Assembly: GCA_944372725.1 (NCBI GenBank)
Contig: CALWAA010000001.1
Location: 1 to 34,821 of the forward strand
Direction: 5' to 3'
DNA: 34,821 bases
DNA from: an uncultured Bacilli bacterium
GTDB lineage: Bacteria > Bacillota_I > Bacilli_A > RF39 > UBA660
Shown here: piece by piece, positions 24,718 through 32,037 of the stretch
Layout of the letters: the number at the start of each line of letters is the position of its first letter
Numbering within the stretch: position 1 is the first letter of the stretch
The notes under the pieces: generated by a model
Told to the model about the DNA's origin: nothing
Seen by the model: the letters and a program-made list of their open reading frames with translations, nothing else
The model's database searches: none
Position numbers and translations under genes: made by a program

Positions 24718-25822
24718 TGAAGAATTTATTAAAGCAGTTAAAAATATTGTCAAAGAAAAAGGAATTAGTGAAGATGTCGTATTCGAGGGCATGGAACAAG
24801 CTTTAACAACTGCTTACAAGAAAAACTTTGATTCCAAAACAAATGTTAGAGTAGATATCAATCGCGAAACAGGTGAAATTAAAGTTTATTCTTATTTAGT
24901 TGTTGTTGATGATGTAGATTTTGGTAGTGAAGAAGTAGACGAAGAGGGTAATGTTGTTAAAATACCTCCTAAAATTAATCCTGATGCGCAAATTATTTTA
25001 GAACAAGCTGAGGAAATGGTGCCAGGTATTAAAGTAGGAGAAACTATTGAAAAAGAAGTTACTCCTAAAGATTTTGGTCGTGTTGCAGCATCTACTGCGA
25101 AACAAGTGTTAACCCAAAGAATAAGAGAAGCTGAAAAAAATAGTTTAATCCTCGAATTCCAAGACAAAGAAGGAGAAATGTTACTAGGGCTTGTTGCTAT
25201 GGAAGATGCTCGTAATTATTTCATTGATTTAGGGAGAACAAGAGGTATTTTACCAAAAAGTGAAATTATTCCAGGGGAAACAATTAAGATGGGTTCTAAT
25301 ATTCGAGTTTATGTAACAAAGATTGAAACCAATTCAAAGGGACCTTTAATTCTTTTATCAAGAAAGCATTATGGTTTTGTAAGACGTCTTTGTGAACTTG
25401 AAATTCCCGAGCTTCAAGATGGAACTTTAATTATGCATGCTTGTGTAAGAGAAGCTGGTATTCGTAGTAAAGTAGCTGTTTCATCTACTAATGATAGAAT
25501 TGATGCGATAGGTACTTGTATTGGTGAGCGAGGACATCGTTTAGGTAGTATCCTAAAAGAATTAAATGGTGAAAAATTAGATTTTGTTTTATATAGTGAT
25601 GATGCCGAAGAATATATTAAGAAAGCTTTAACACCAGCGAAGAATGCGATTGTAAATATTACTGATTCAGTAAAAAAAGAAGCTTTAGCAGTTGTTTCTA
25701 ATGAGGAACTTCCTCTTGCTATTGGTAAAGGGGGAAGCAATATAAGACTTGCTAGCCGTCTTACTAAATATAAAATTAATATTAAGACTATGGAACAAAT
25801 TAATGCTGAGGGAAATAAATAG
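24710..25822 (+). CDS. nusA: transcription termination/antitermination factor NusA
   Basis: N-terminal domain (FIKAVKNIVKEKGISEDVVFEGMEQALTTAYKKNF), S1 domain and two KH domains (IGERGHRLGSI, IGKGGSNIRLAS). Confidence 0.95.
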   Translation: MNSEEFIKAVKNIVKEKGISEDVVFEGMEQALTTAYKKNFDSKTNVRVDINRETGEIKVYSYLVVVDDVDFGSEEVDEEGNVVKIPPKINPDAQIILEQAEEMVPGIKVGETIEKEVTPKDFGRVAASTAKQVLTQRIREAEKNSLILEFQDKEGEMLLGLVAMEDARNYFIDLGRTRGILPKSEIIPGETIKMGSNIRVYVTKIETNSKGPLILLSRKHYGFVRRLCELEIPELQDGTLIMHACVREAGIRSKVAVSSTNDRIDAIGTCIGERGHRLGSILKELNGEKLDFVLYSDDAEEYIKKALTPAKNAIVNITDSVKKEALAVVSNEELPLAIGKGGSNIRLASRLTKYKINIKTMEQINAEGNK

Positions 25823-25839
25823 CCTAAGGAGGAGAACTC

Positions 25840-26100
25840 ATGAAACTAAAAAAGATTCCTATGCGTACTTGTGTTGTTACCAAAGAAAAATGTGAAAAAA
25901 AAGATTTGCTTCGTATTGTTAGAACACCAGAGGGTAAAATTATCGTTGATTTAACCGGAAAAGCCAATGGTAGAGGAGCTTACTTAAAAAAAGATGCGGA
26001 AGTAATAAAAAAAGCCCAAGCAAGTAAAATATTAGAAAGAGTATTAGAAGTTGCAATTGACGATAGTGTTTATGAAGATGCTTTAAAAAATTGTGAGTAA
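25840..26100 (+). CDS. ylxR: YlxR/RnpM family RNA-binding protein (DUF448)
   Basis: PMRTCVVTKEKCEKKDLLRIVRTPEGKIIVDLTGKANGRGAYL is the DUF448 signature. AAGGAGG RBS. Canonical position after nusA. Confidence 0.9.
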   Translation: MKLKKIPMRTCVVTKEKCEKKDLLRIVRTPEGKIIVDLTGKANGRGAYLKKDAEVIKKAQASKILERVLEVAIDDSVYEDALKNCE

Positions 26101-26112
26101 GGAGTAATAAGA

Positions 26113-26526
26113 ATGGATAATAAAACAGCTTTAAAATTTATTTTAGCCACTGATAAGTTATTAAATGATTTTGGAAATTTAACAAGAAACCCAGATCCAA
26201 AAGCAAGAAATATTCAAAGAGCTAAAATTGATGCCGAAAAACATAAAATGCAAAGGGTATGTTATGACCCATATCTTTTTGCTAGAACAACTCTTGGTTC
26301 AGATAAAATGGAATATACTTGTTTAATATGTGGTAAAGTAATTGGGGGTACTACTTTAGGTCATGTTGTGAATTTATCAGAAAATGGTTTAATTGAAGGC
26401 GATGATGTAGAAAGTTATGCTGTAGAGCAATTAAAAAAATATTTGATGATGACTCCACCATTAAGTGAAGTAGAAATAAGAGATGCTTTAAGAAATGATT
26501 TAATTGATTTTGCAAGACAAAGATAA
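26113..26526 (+). CDS. hypothetical protein (137 aa) occupying the ylxQ (L7Ae-like) slot
   Basis: AAGGAG RBS and tight operon packing. The sequence shows no L7Ae/YlxQ pattern. It has a single CxxC (CLICGKV). Confidence 0.7.
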   Translation: MDNKTALKFILATDKLLNDFGNLTRNPDPKARNIQRAKIDAEKHKMQRVCYDPYLFARTTLGSDKMEYTCLICGKVIGGTTLGHVVNLSENGLIEGDDVESYAVEQLKKYLMMTPPLSEVEIRDALRNDLIDFARQR

Positions 26527-26542
26527 GAAAGGAGAGGATTTT

Positions 26543-28645
26543 ATGACAGTTAAAGAATATGCAACTGATGTGAATTTAAGTGTCGCTGAAATATTAAAAA
26601 AATGCGATGATTTAGGAATTGAAGTAAAATCAGGAGAAGATATACTTACTGACGAAGAAATTATTTCTCTTGATAATGCGATTAATTTAATTACAGAAGA
26701 TGAAACATTTGAAGAAGAAGATGCGATTGAAGAAGTAGTTGATGCGATTGTTGAAGCAAGTAATATTACTAAAAATATGAACACAACAGATAAAAAGCAA
26801 AAATTAAAGAAAAAGAAAGACCAAGTAGAAAGTAAAGATTATAGTCATCTAAAAAAGGAAATGTATAAAAATAAAAATAAACTTATGAAAAATAGTAAAG
26901 ATGACAATATTATTCTTTTCCATGATGGCATGAGTGTAGGAGATTTAGCTTCCGAACTGAATGTTAGTGGAACAGATATTATTAAAAAACTTATGACTTT
27001 GGGATTAATGATTTCTCTTAATCAACCCATTGATTTTGAAAATGCGGAAATTGTAGCTTTAGAATATAATAAAACGCTAAAAAGAGAAGAAACCCAAGAC
27101 GTTTCCAATTTTGAAGAATATGAAATTGTGGATGATGAAGCAGATTTAATCCCTCGTCCTCCGATTGTAACGATTATGGGACATGTTGACCACGGGAAAA
27201 CTACTTTACTTGATTATATCCGTCATTCTCATGTTGCAGCAGGAGAAGCAGGAGGAATTACTCAACATATTGGTGCTTATCAAATTGATACAAATGGACA
27301 TAAAATAACATTCATTGATACGCCAGGTCATGCAGCATTTACCGAAATGCGAGCTAGAGGAGCTAGCGTAACAGACATAGTTATCATTATTGTTGCTGCT
27401 GATGACGGGGTTATGCCTCAAACAAAAGAAGCTGTAGAGCATGCATTAAGTGCCAAAGTTCCTATTATTGTAGCTGTCAATAAAATTGATAAACCAGATG
27501 CGAACCCTGAACGTATTAGAACTGAAATGGCTGAAGTAAATATTACCCCTGAAGAGTGGGGTGGGAATGTTCCGTTTATTGATATATCAGCACAAACGGG
27601 AGAAGGTATTGATAAACTTTTAGAAACAATTTTGGCAATTAGTGAAGTATCAGAACTAAAAGCAAATCCAAAAAGATACGCCGTTGGTTCGGTTATTGAA
27701 TCACGTCAAGATAAAAATGTTGGTGGCGTTGCAAGCTTACTTATTTTAAACGGTACTTTAAGACTTGGTGACCCTGTTGTCGTTGGTACTGCTTATGGTA
27801 AAGTTCGAACGATGAAAAATGATTTAGGCGAAAGTGTTTTAGAAGCTGGGCCAGGTATGCCGGTAGAAATAACTGGTTTATCAGAAAATCCAAGTGCCGG
27901 TGATAAATTTATGGCTTTTGAAACCGAGAAAGAGGCAAAGGAAGTTGCCCTAAAAAGAGCACTACATGCTAAGGAAAATAAATATAAGAAAGATGTTATT
28001 TCTCTAGATGATTTATTTAATAAAATTAATAGTGGTCAAAAAGAGATTAATGTTATTTTAAAAGCTGATGTAAGAGGTTCAGAAGAAGCAGTAAAAAATA
28101 GTTTGCTTAAAATCGATGTGGAAGGCGTTAAAATTAATGTAATTCGTTCGGGTATTGGTACGATTACGGAAAGTGATATTGTCCTTGCGAATGCATCTAA
28201 TGCGATTATTATTGGCTTTAATGTTAGCCCATCTAATGTGACCAAAGAAATGGCTAAAGAATATAATGTAGATATTCGCCTTTATACAATTATTTATAAA
28301 TGTATCGAAGAAATTGAACTTGCAATGAAAGGTATGCTTGACCCAGAATATGAAGAAAAAATTCTAGGTAATGCCGAAATTCGTAAAATATTTAAATTTT
28401 CTAAAGTTGGTAATATTGCCGGTTCTTATGTATTAGATGGTGTGATTAAAAATAATGCTAAAGTTCGTTTAATTCGTGATGGCGTTATTGTCTATGATGG
28501 AACAATAGCTAGTGTTCAAAGAGAAAAAGATAGTGTAAAAGAAGTGAAAAAGGGATATGAATGTGGAATTACTTTAGATAACTTTAGCGATATTAAAGTT
28601 GGCGATGTATTAGAATGCTATGAAATGGTGGAGGTCAAAAGATAA
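26543..28645 (+). CDS. infB: translation initiation factor IF-2
   Basis: GGAGAGG RBS before ATG 26543. G-domain GHVDHGKTTLLD, DTPGHAAF, NKIDK. Typical C-terminal domains. Confidence 0.96.
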   Translation: MTVKEYATDVNLSVAEILKKCDDLGIEVKSGEDILTDEEIISLDNAINLITEDETFEEEDAIEEVVDAIVEASNITKNMNTTDKKQKLKKKKDQVESKDYSHLKKEMYKNKNKLMKNSKDDNIILFHDGMSVGDLASELNVSGTDIIKKLMTLGLMISLNQPIDFENAEIVALEYNKTLKREETQDVSNFEEYEIVDDEADLIPRPPIVTIMGHVDHGKTTLLDYIRHSHVAAGEAGGITQHIGAYQIDTNGHKITFIDTPGHAAFTEMRARGASVTDIVIIIVAADDGVMPQTKEAVEHALSAKVPIIVAVNKIDKPDANPERIRTEMAEVNITPEEWGGNVPFIDISAQTGEGIDKLLETILAISEVSELKANPKRYAVGSVIESRQDKNVGGVASLLILNGTLRLGDPVVVGTAYGKVRTMKNDLGESVLEAGPGMPVEITGLSENPSAGDKFMAFETEKEAKEVALKRALHAKENKYKKDVISLDDLFNKINSGQKEINVILKADVRGSEEAVKNSLLKIDVEGVKINVIRSGIGTITESDIVLANASNAIIIGFNVSPSNVTKEMAKEYNVDIRLYTIIYKCIEEIELAMKGMLDPEYEEKILGNAEIRKIFKFSKVGNIAGSYVLDGVIKNNAKVRLIRDGVIVYDGTIASVQREKDSVKEVKKGYECGITLDNFSDIKVGDVLECYEMVEVKR

Positions 28646-28986
28646 TGCCTAGTCATAAGATTGCGAAAATATCTAGCGATATTGCAAGAGTAATAAGTGA
28701 AATCATATTCACTGAAGCGAAAGATGAACTTTTAAAATCTATTACGATTACAGGTTGTAAAGTATCTAGAGATTTAAGTTATGCGAAAGTATACTTTACT
28801 TCCTTAAGTAATCTTGATAAAAAGAGTTTAGTAAAAGAAGTAAATGAAGCAAGTTCCTTTATAAGAGGCGAACTAGCCCAAAGATTAGAGCTTCGTCATA
28901 CACCAATTTTAGAATTTGTCTATGATGATTCTATTGAATATGCAGAAAATATAGAAAATATTATCAAAGAAATTAAAGAAAAGTGA
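28645..28986 (+). CDS. rbfA: ribosome-binding factor A
   Basis: Canonical position. RVISEIIFTEAKDELLKSITITGCKVSRDLSYAKVYFT...LRHTPILEFVYDDS matches the RbfA pattern. TAATG junction with infB. Confidence 0.92.
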   Translation: MPSHKIAKISSDIARVISEIIFTEAKDELLKSITITGCKVSRDLSYAKVYFTSLSNLDKKSLVKEVNEASSFIRGELAQRLELRHTPILEFVYDDSIEYAENIENIIKEIKEK

Positions 28987-29405
28987 TGAGTATGGATAGA
29001 AAATTAACAATATTGACGGGAAAATTTACTCCTGAAGAAGAGTACTTAATTTTAAGAAAATATCCTGATAAAAAAGAAGATTTAGATTTTTTTAGAGAAG
29101 CGAACTATTTTCAAATTCATAAATTATATTTCCAAGGATTTTTTCAAGGATATGTCGTGCTATTTTTAGGACACAATTCTTTAAATACCAATGATGTTTC
29201 TATTGAAGATATTGGTTATCTTCGAAATGAAGATTTATTAAAACCACTTATGTATACTTTACTATTAAGAATTAAAGAACATAAAGTACTTTCATTCCCT
29301 TTAGAAGATTTTTATTATGATGTAGATAAATTTGAGGAAAAATATCGAGAAATTTTTGCAGAATTGGATTTTCAAGAAATTAAGAGGGAACCGTGTCGGG
29401 CATAA
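28986..29405 (+). CDS. hypothetical protein (about 139 aa) inserted between rbfA and truB
   Basis: The start overlaps the rbfA stop (TGATG; alternative GTG 28983) and the 3' end overlaps the truB GTG by 13 nt. No recognised motif. Confidence 0.6.
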   Translation: MSMDRKLTILTGKFTPEEEYLILRKYPDKKEDLDFFREANYFQIHKLYFQGFFQGYVVLFLGHNSLNTNDVSIEDIGYLRNEDLLKPLMYTLLLRIKEHKVLSFPLEDFYYDVDKFEEKYREIFAELDFQEIKREPCRA

Positions 29406-30232
29406 TTATTGTAGATAAACCTAAAGATTTTACTTCTAGAGATGTTGTTAATATTATTTCTCGGGAATTACACGAAAAAAAAGTAGGTCATACAGGGACA
29501 TTAGACCCACTTGCAACAGGTGTTTTAGTAGTTTGTGTTGGTAAATATACAAAGCTTGTTGATATGCTTTCTTCTTTAGATAAAGAATATATTGCCGAAG
29601 TTAAACTAGGTCTTGAAACGGATACTCTAGATATTACGGGAAATGTAGTAAAAAAAGAGGAAGTTCATTTAACTAAGATGGAAATTCTAAAAGCTTTTTC
29701 TAAATTTACAGGGGAATACTTGATGGAAGTGCCCAAATATAGTGCGGTAAAAGTAAATGGGAAAAAGTTGTATGAATATGCTAGGGAAGGAATAGATGTA
29801 AAATTACCAGTAAAAAAAGTTCATGTTTATGAATTAGAATTACTTTCCTTTTATCATGATACTATTAGTTTTCGCACTAGAGTGGAAAAAGGAACATATA
29901 TCCGTAGTTTAATTCGCGATATCATGAAATATATGGGTGTGGTTGGAACCATGAGTAATTTAATTCGGATTAAACAAGGTAATTTTAAAATAGAAGGTGC
30001 TTGTTCAATAGATGATATTAAAAATCATCAATTTAAATTATTGCCAGCAAAAGATGTTCTTGATATTCCTGTTTATCATTTAAATGATTTAGAGTATGAA
30101 AAGGTGAGACATGGAAGTAAAATGTATTTTGATAATTCAGAAGATATGTTACTGCTTCTTTATCAAGATAAGGAAGTTGCTATTTATAGAAAAGATGAAA
30201 AATTATATAAGCCCCAAATTATGCTTATATAA
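29393..30232 (+). CDS. truB: tRNA pseudouridine(55) synthase TruB
   Basis: GIIIVDKPKDFTSRDVV...GHTGTLDPLATGVLVVCVGKYTKL contains the catalytic Asp motif. GTG start. Confidence 0.93.
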   Translation: MSGIIIVDKPKDFTSRDVVNIISRELHEKKVGHTGTLDPLATGVLVVCVGKYTKLVDMLSSLDKEYIAEVKLGLETDTLDITGNVVKKEEVHLTKMEILKAFSKFTGEYLMEVPKYSAVKVNGKKLYEYAREGIDVKLPVKKVHVYELELLSFYHDTISFRTRVEKGTYIRSLIRDIMKYMGVVGTMSNLIRIKQGNFKIEGACSIDDIKNHQFKLLPAKDVLDIPVYHLNDLEYEKVRHGSKMYFDNSEDMLLLLYQDKEVAIYRKDEKLYKPQIMLI

Positions 30233-30239
30233 TATTCAT

Positions 30240-30315
30240 TGCCTCATAGCCAAGCGGTAAGGCAGCGGGCTCTGACCCCGCGATTTCGTAGGTTCGAATC
30301 CTACTGGGGCAGCCA
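30240..30315 (+). tRNA. tRNA-Gln (anticodon CUG), CCA encoded
   Basis: Cloverleaf drawn by hand. Acceptor TGCCTCA/TGGGGCA (one T-G pair), D arm GCC-AAGCGGTAA-GGC (as in known tRNA-Gln), anticodon stem GCGGG/CCCGC with loop CT-CTG-AC (30272-30274), T arm GTAGG-TTCGAAT-CCTAC, then G-CCA. Confidence 0.9.
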
Positions 30316-30326
30316 ATTAGTTATTT

Positions 30327-30355
30327 AAGCCTGTATTTATGGGCTTTTTATTTTT
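30327..30355 (+). terminator. weak Rho-independent terminator after the tRNA
   Basis: AAGCC (30327-30331) pairs with GGCTT (30342-30346) around a 10-nt loop, followed by TTTATTTTT. Confidence 0.4.
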
Positions 30356-30451
30356 CCCAACACACATCTAAACACACTGTTTGAAAATATAATTAAAAAT
30401 AAATAAAGTATAGCTCTACAAAAGAACTATCTTCATTAGGTCGTATTTTAT

Positions 30452-30548
30452 TTAACAAAAAAGGTACCATCAATATGATACCTTTATCAAATTCTCGGCA
30501 AATGCCGAATGTTCGCTAGGAACTCAATTACGTAATTGTTTAAATTAC
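30452..30548 (-). ncRNA. candidate small RNA of about 95 nt with its own promoter and terminator
   Basis: Minus strand. The predicted TSS is about 7 nt after the -10. The 5' hairpin CGTAATT-taaac-AATTACG is followed by a single-stranded TAATTGAGTTCCTAGCGAACA, the hairpin TCGGCA..TGCCGA, and the terminator AAAGGTAtCA-tattga-TGgTACCTTT + TTTGTT. There is no plausible ORF or RBS. Confidence 0.5.
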
Positions 30549-30554
30549 GATAAT

Positions 30555-30583
30555 AATATATCATACTGTATTCGTTTTGTCAA
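30555..30583 (-). promoter_or_regulatory. strong sigma-A-like promoter (minus strand) of the candidate sRNA
   Basis: On the minus strand: TTGACA (30583-30578), a 17-nt spacer, then TGaTATATT (-10 at 30560-30555). Confidence 0.6.
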
Positions 30584-30654
30584 ATTCAAAAAACTTATTC
30601 AAAAAACTTATTTTGTTAAATAATTTTTATTTGCTTCATCTGATAAAATTATGT

Positions 30655-30696
30655 TGTAAAATAAAATAAGGATAGCACTTTATTAAGTACTATCCT
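30655..30696 (-). terminator. Rho-independent terminator of the MazF-like gene
   Basis: On the minus strand: AGGATAGTACTT-aata-AAGTGCTATCCT, a 12-bp stem with one G-U that would be a C-A mismatch on the plus strand, followed by TATTTTATTTT. Confidence 0.7.
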
Positions 30697-30762
30697 CGCT
30701 GGGTCGTATAGACCTTTGATTAACAAATGGAGCGATAAGCTCTTTGTTAGATATATTTTACA

Positions 30763-31467
30763 TTATTTTGAGTTAAATGTCAATGTAAATTTGTTCTTAA
30801 TCTCCTCGTCTAATTTATTCATAATCTGATTTGAACATTTAACTCTTCCTATAATATCATATTCATTTACTGGTAAAAATATTCTTTCTTTTGAAATAGT
30901 TGTTATTAAACTACAACAGGCAAAGGTGCTTTTTACATTACTTTTATAATATGATAATAATGTATTTAATTTATTGAGTTTAGTACTTTCTTTTGCGGTG
31001 AGTATTTCATCGTTATCTATTTTATCTTTTAGCGGTTTAAACTTATTTTTGATTCTTTCTATCAACATATCTATTATTAATGTGCCTAGATATGTGTTAA
31101 ATTTACTTGGCTTAGATGTTAATGGTATAACTGTTAAAATATTATTTCTTGGATTATCATAATTATTTAAAACTATTGCAAAATGGATTTGAGACATTTC
31201 TGAACCTATACCAATTCCAAAATCAACTTTCACTATTGTACCACGTTGATAAGTTCTAAAAAGTGGTGTTTGGGTGTCTAGTGGATTTAGCAGTTTTTGC
31301 TCTAAAACAGTTGCCTCATCGTTTAACAATTTTGATTTTTTCAGTAACCATTCATCTAAGTAAGAAAATTTATATGGTAGTTGTTTTTTTACAATTGTCT
31401 GAAAGTTATTATAAGATAAATCTAATCTTATTCTTTCATTTATATTATTTTCAATTTCTGTATTCAA
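30763..31467 (-). CDS. MazF/PemK-fold toxin-like protein with an N-terminal extension and an internal insertion
   Basis: QRGTIVKVDFGIGIGSEMSQIHFAIVLNNYDNPRNNILTVIPLTSK and CCSLITTISKERI...IMNKLDEEI align by eye with the MazF/EndoA motifs (RGD..DF..GSE...RP.hhh....h.hhP.T ; QIRTIDK.RL). TTG start 9 nt after AAAGGAG. Confidence 0.7.
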   Translation of the reverse strand: MNTEIENNINERIRLDLSYNNFQTIVKKQLPYKFSYLDEWLLKKSKLLNDEATVLEQKLLNPLDTQTPLFRTYQRGTIVKVDFGIGIGSEMSQIHFAIVLNNYDNPRNNILTVIPLTSKPSKFNTYLGTLIIDMLIERIKNKFKPLKDKIDNDEILTAKESTKLNKLNTLLSYYKSNVKSTFACCSLITTISKERIFLPVNEYDIIGRVKCSNQIMNKLDEEIKNKFTLTFNSK

Positions 31468-31569
31468 TACCTATCACTCCTTTCCATATTTCTTTGTTTT
31501 GTTTAAACATATTGTTTCTTCTTTTTTAAAATAAAAGCAAATAAGTGGGTTGCTGTTTTGTATATAACC

Positions 31570-31598
31570 ATTATAACGAAAATACATATGTTCGTCAA
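31570..31598 (-). promoter_or_regulatory. sigma-A-like promoter (minus strand) of the MazF-like gene
   Basis: On the minus strand: TTGACG (31598-31593), a 17-nt spacer, then TATAAT (31575-31570). This leaves a 5' UTR of about 95 nt. Confidence 0.65.
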
Positions 31599-31609
31599 GG
31601 GAAATATTT

Positions 31610-31632
31610 AAAAAACTAAACTTTTTGTTTAG
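31610..31632 (-). terminator. weak AT-rich terminator of the EIIB-like gene
   Basis: On the minus strand: CTAAAC-aaaaa-GTTTAG followed by TTTTTT, 2 nt after the stop codon. Confidence 0.4.
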
Positions 31633-31634
31633 TC

Positions 31635-31952
31635 TTAAACGATATCATCAATATATCTTTTTAATTCTTTGGCATTTGGCCCAAAGATAATCTTTAATTG
31701 ATTATCAATTTCAACAATACCTTTGGCACCCAATTTTTCAATTGCCTCTTTATTAACAATACTGACATCTTTTAAAATTACTTTAAATCTACTCATATTT
31801 GCTTCGGCACTAACAATGTTGTCTTTTCCTCCTAAATAAGTAATCAGTTTGTTAGCTTCGATTCTAAAATCTCTTCTTGTCAGTTTAATTACAATTAAAA
31901 GCACAAGAATTAGTACAATTGCAATAATTAAATATTGTAACCATGTATCCAT
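31635..31952 (-). CDS. membrane-anchored PTS EIIB(Glc)-like domain protein lacking the phospho-Cys
   Basis: TM helix (LQYLIIAIVLILVLLIVI) followed by LITYLGGKDNIVSAEANMSRFKVILKD...LGAKGIVEIDNQLKIIFGPNA. This matches the EIIB pattern lGG..NI....hCaTRLR...D, but with N where the catalytic Cys should be. GGTGAT RBS. Confidence 0.75.
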   Translation of the reverse strand: MDTWLQYLIIAIVLILVLLIVIKLTRRDFRIEANKLITYLGGKDNIVSAEANMSRFKVILKDVSIVNKEAIEKLGAKGIVEIDNQLKIIFGPNAKELKRYIDDIV

Positions 31953-32037
31953 TTTTAATCACCTATTATTATTATACTATAAATTTTGGTATAAATAAAG
32001 AATTTTGTCCACATAATAAAATTAAGGAATGGTGAAA

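Noticed and set aside
31451-31510. 19-codon uORF (MFKQNKEIWKGVIGIEYRN) in the 5' UTR of the MazF-like gene, considered as a mini-antitoxin or leader peptide
   Set aside because: There is no Shine-Dalgarno sequence upstream of its ATG. It is far too short for a MazE/PemI-type antitoxin, and it overlaps the main TTG start out of frame. It is probably fortuitous.
30240-31634. Integrated mobile element at tRNA-Gln
   Set aside because: I see no integrase, recombinase or excisionase ORF and no direct repeat of the tRNA 3' end in the window. I report it only as a synteny break.
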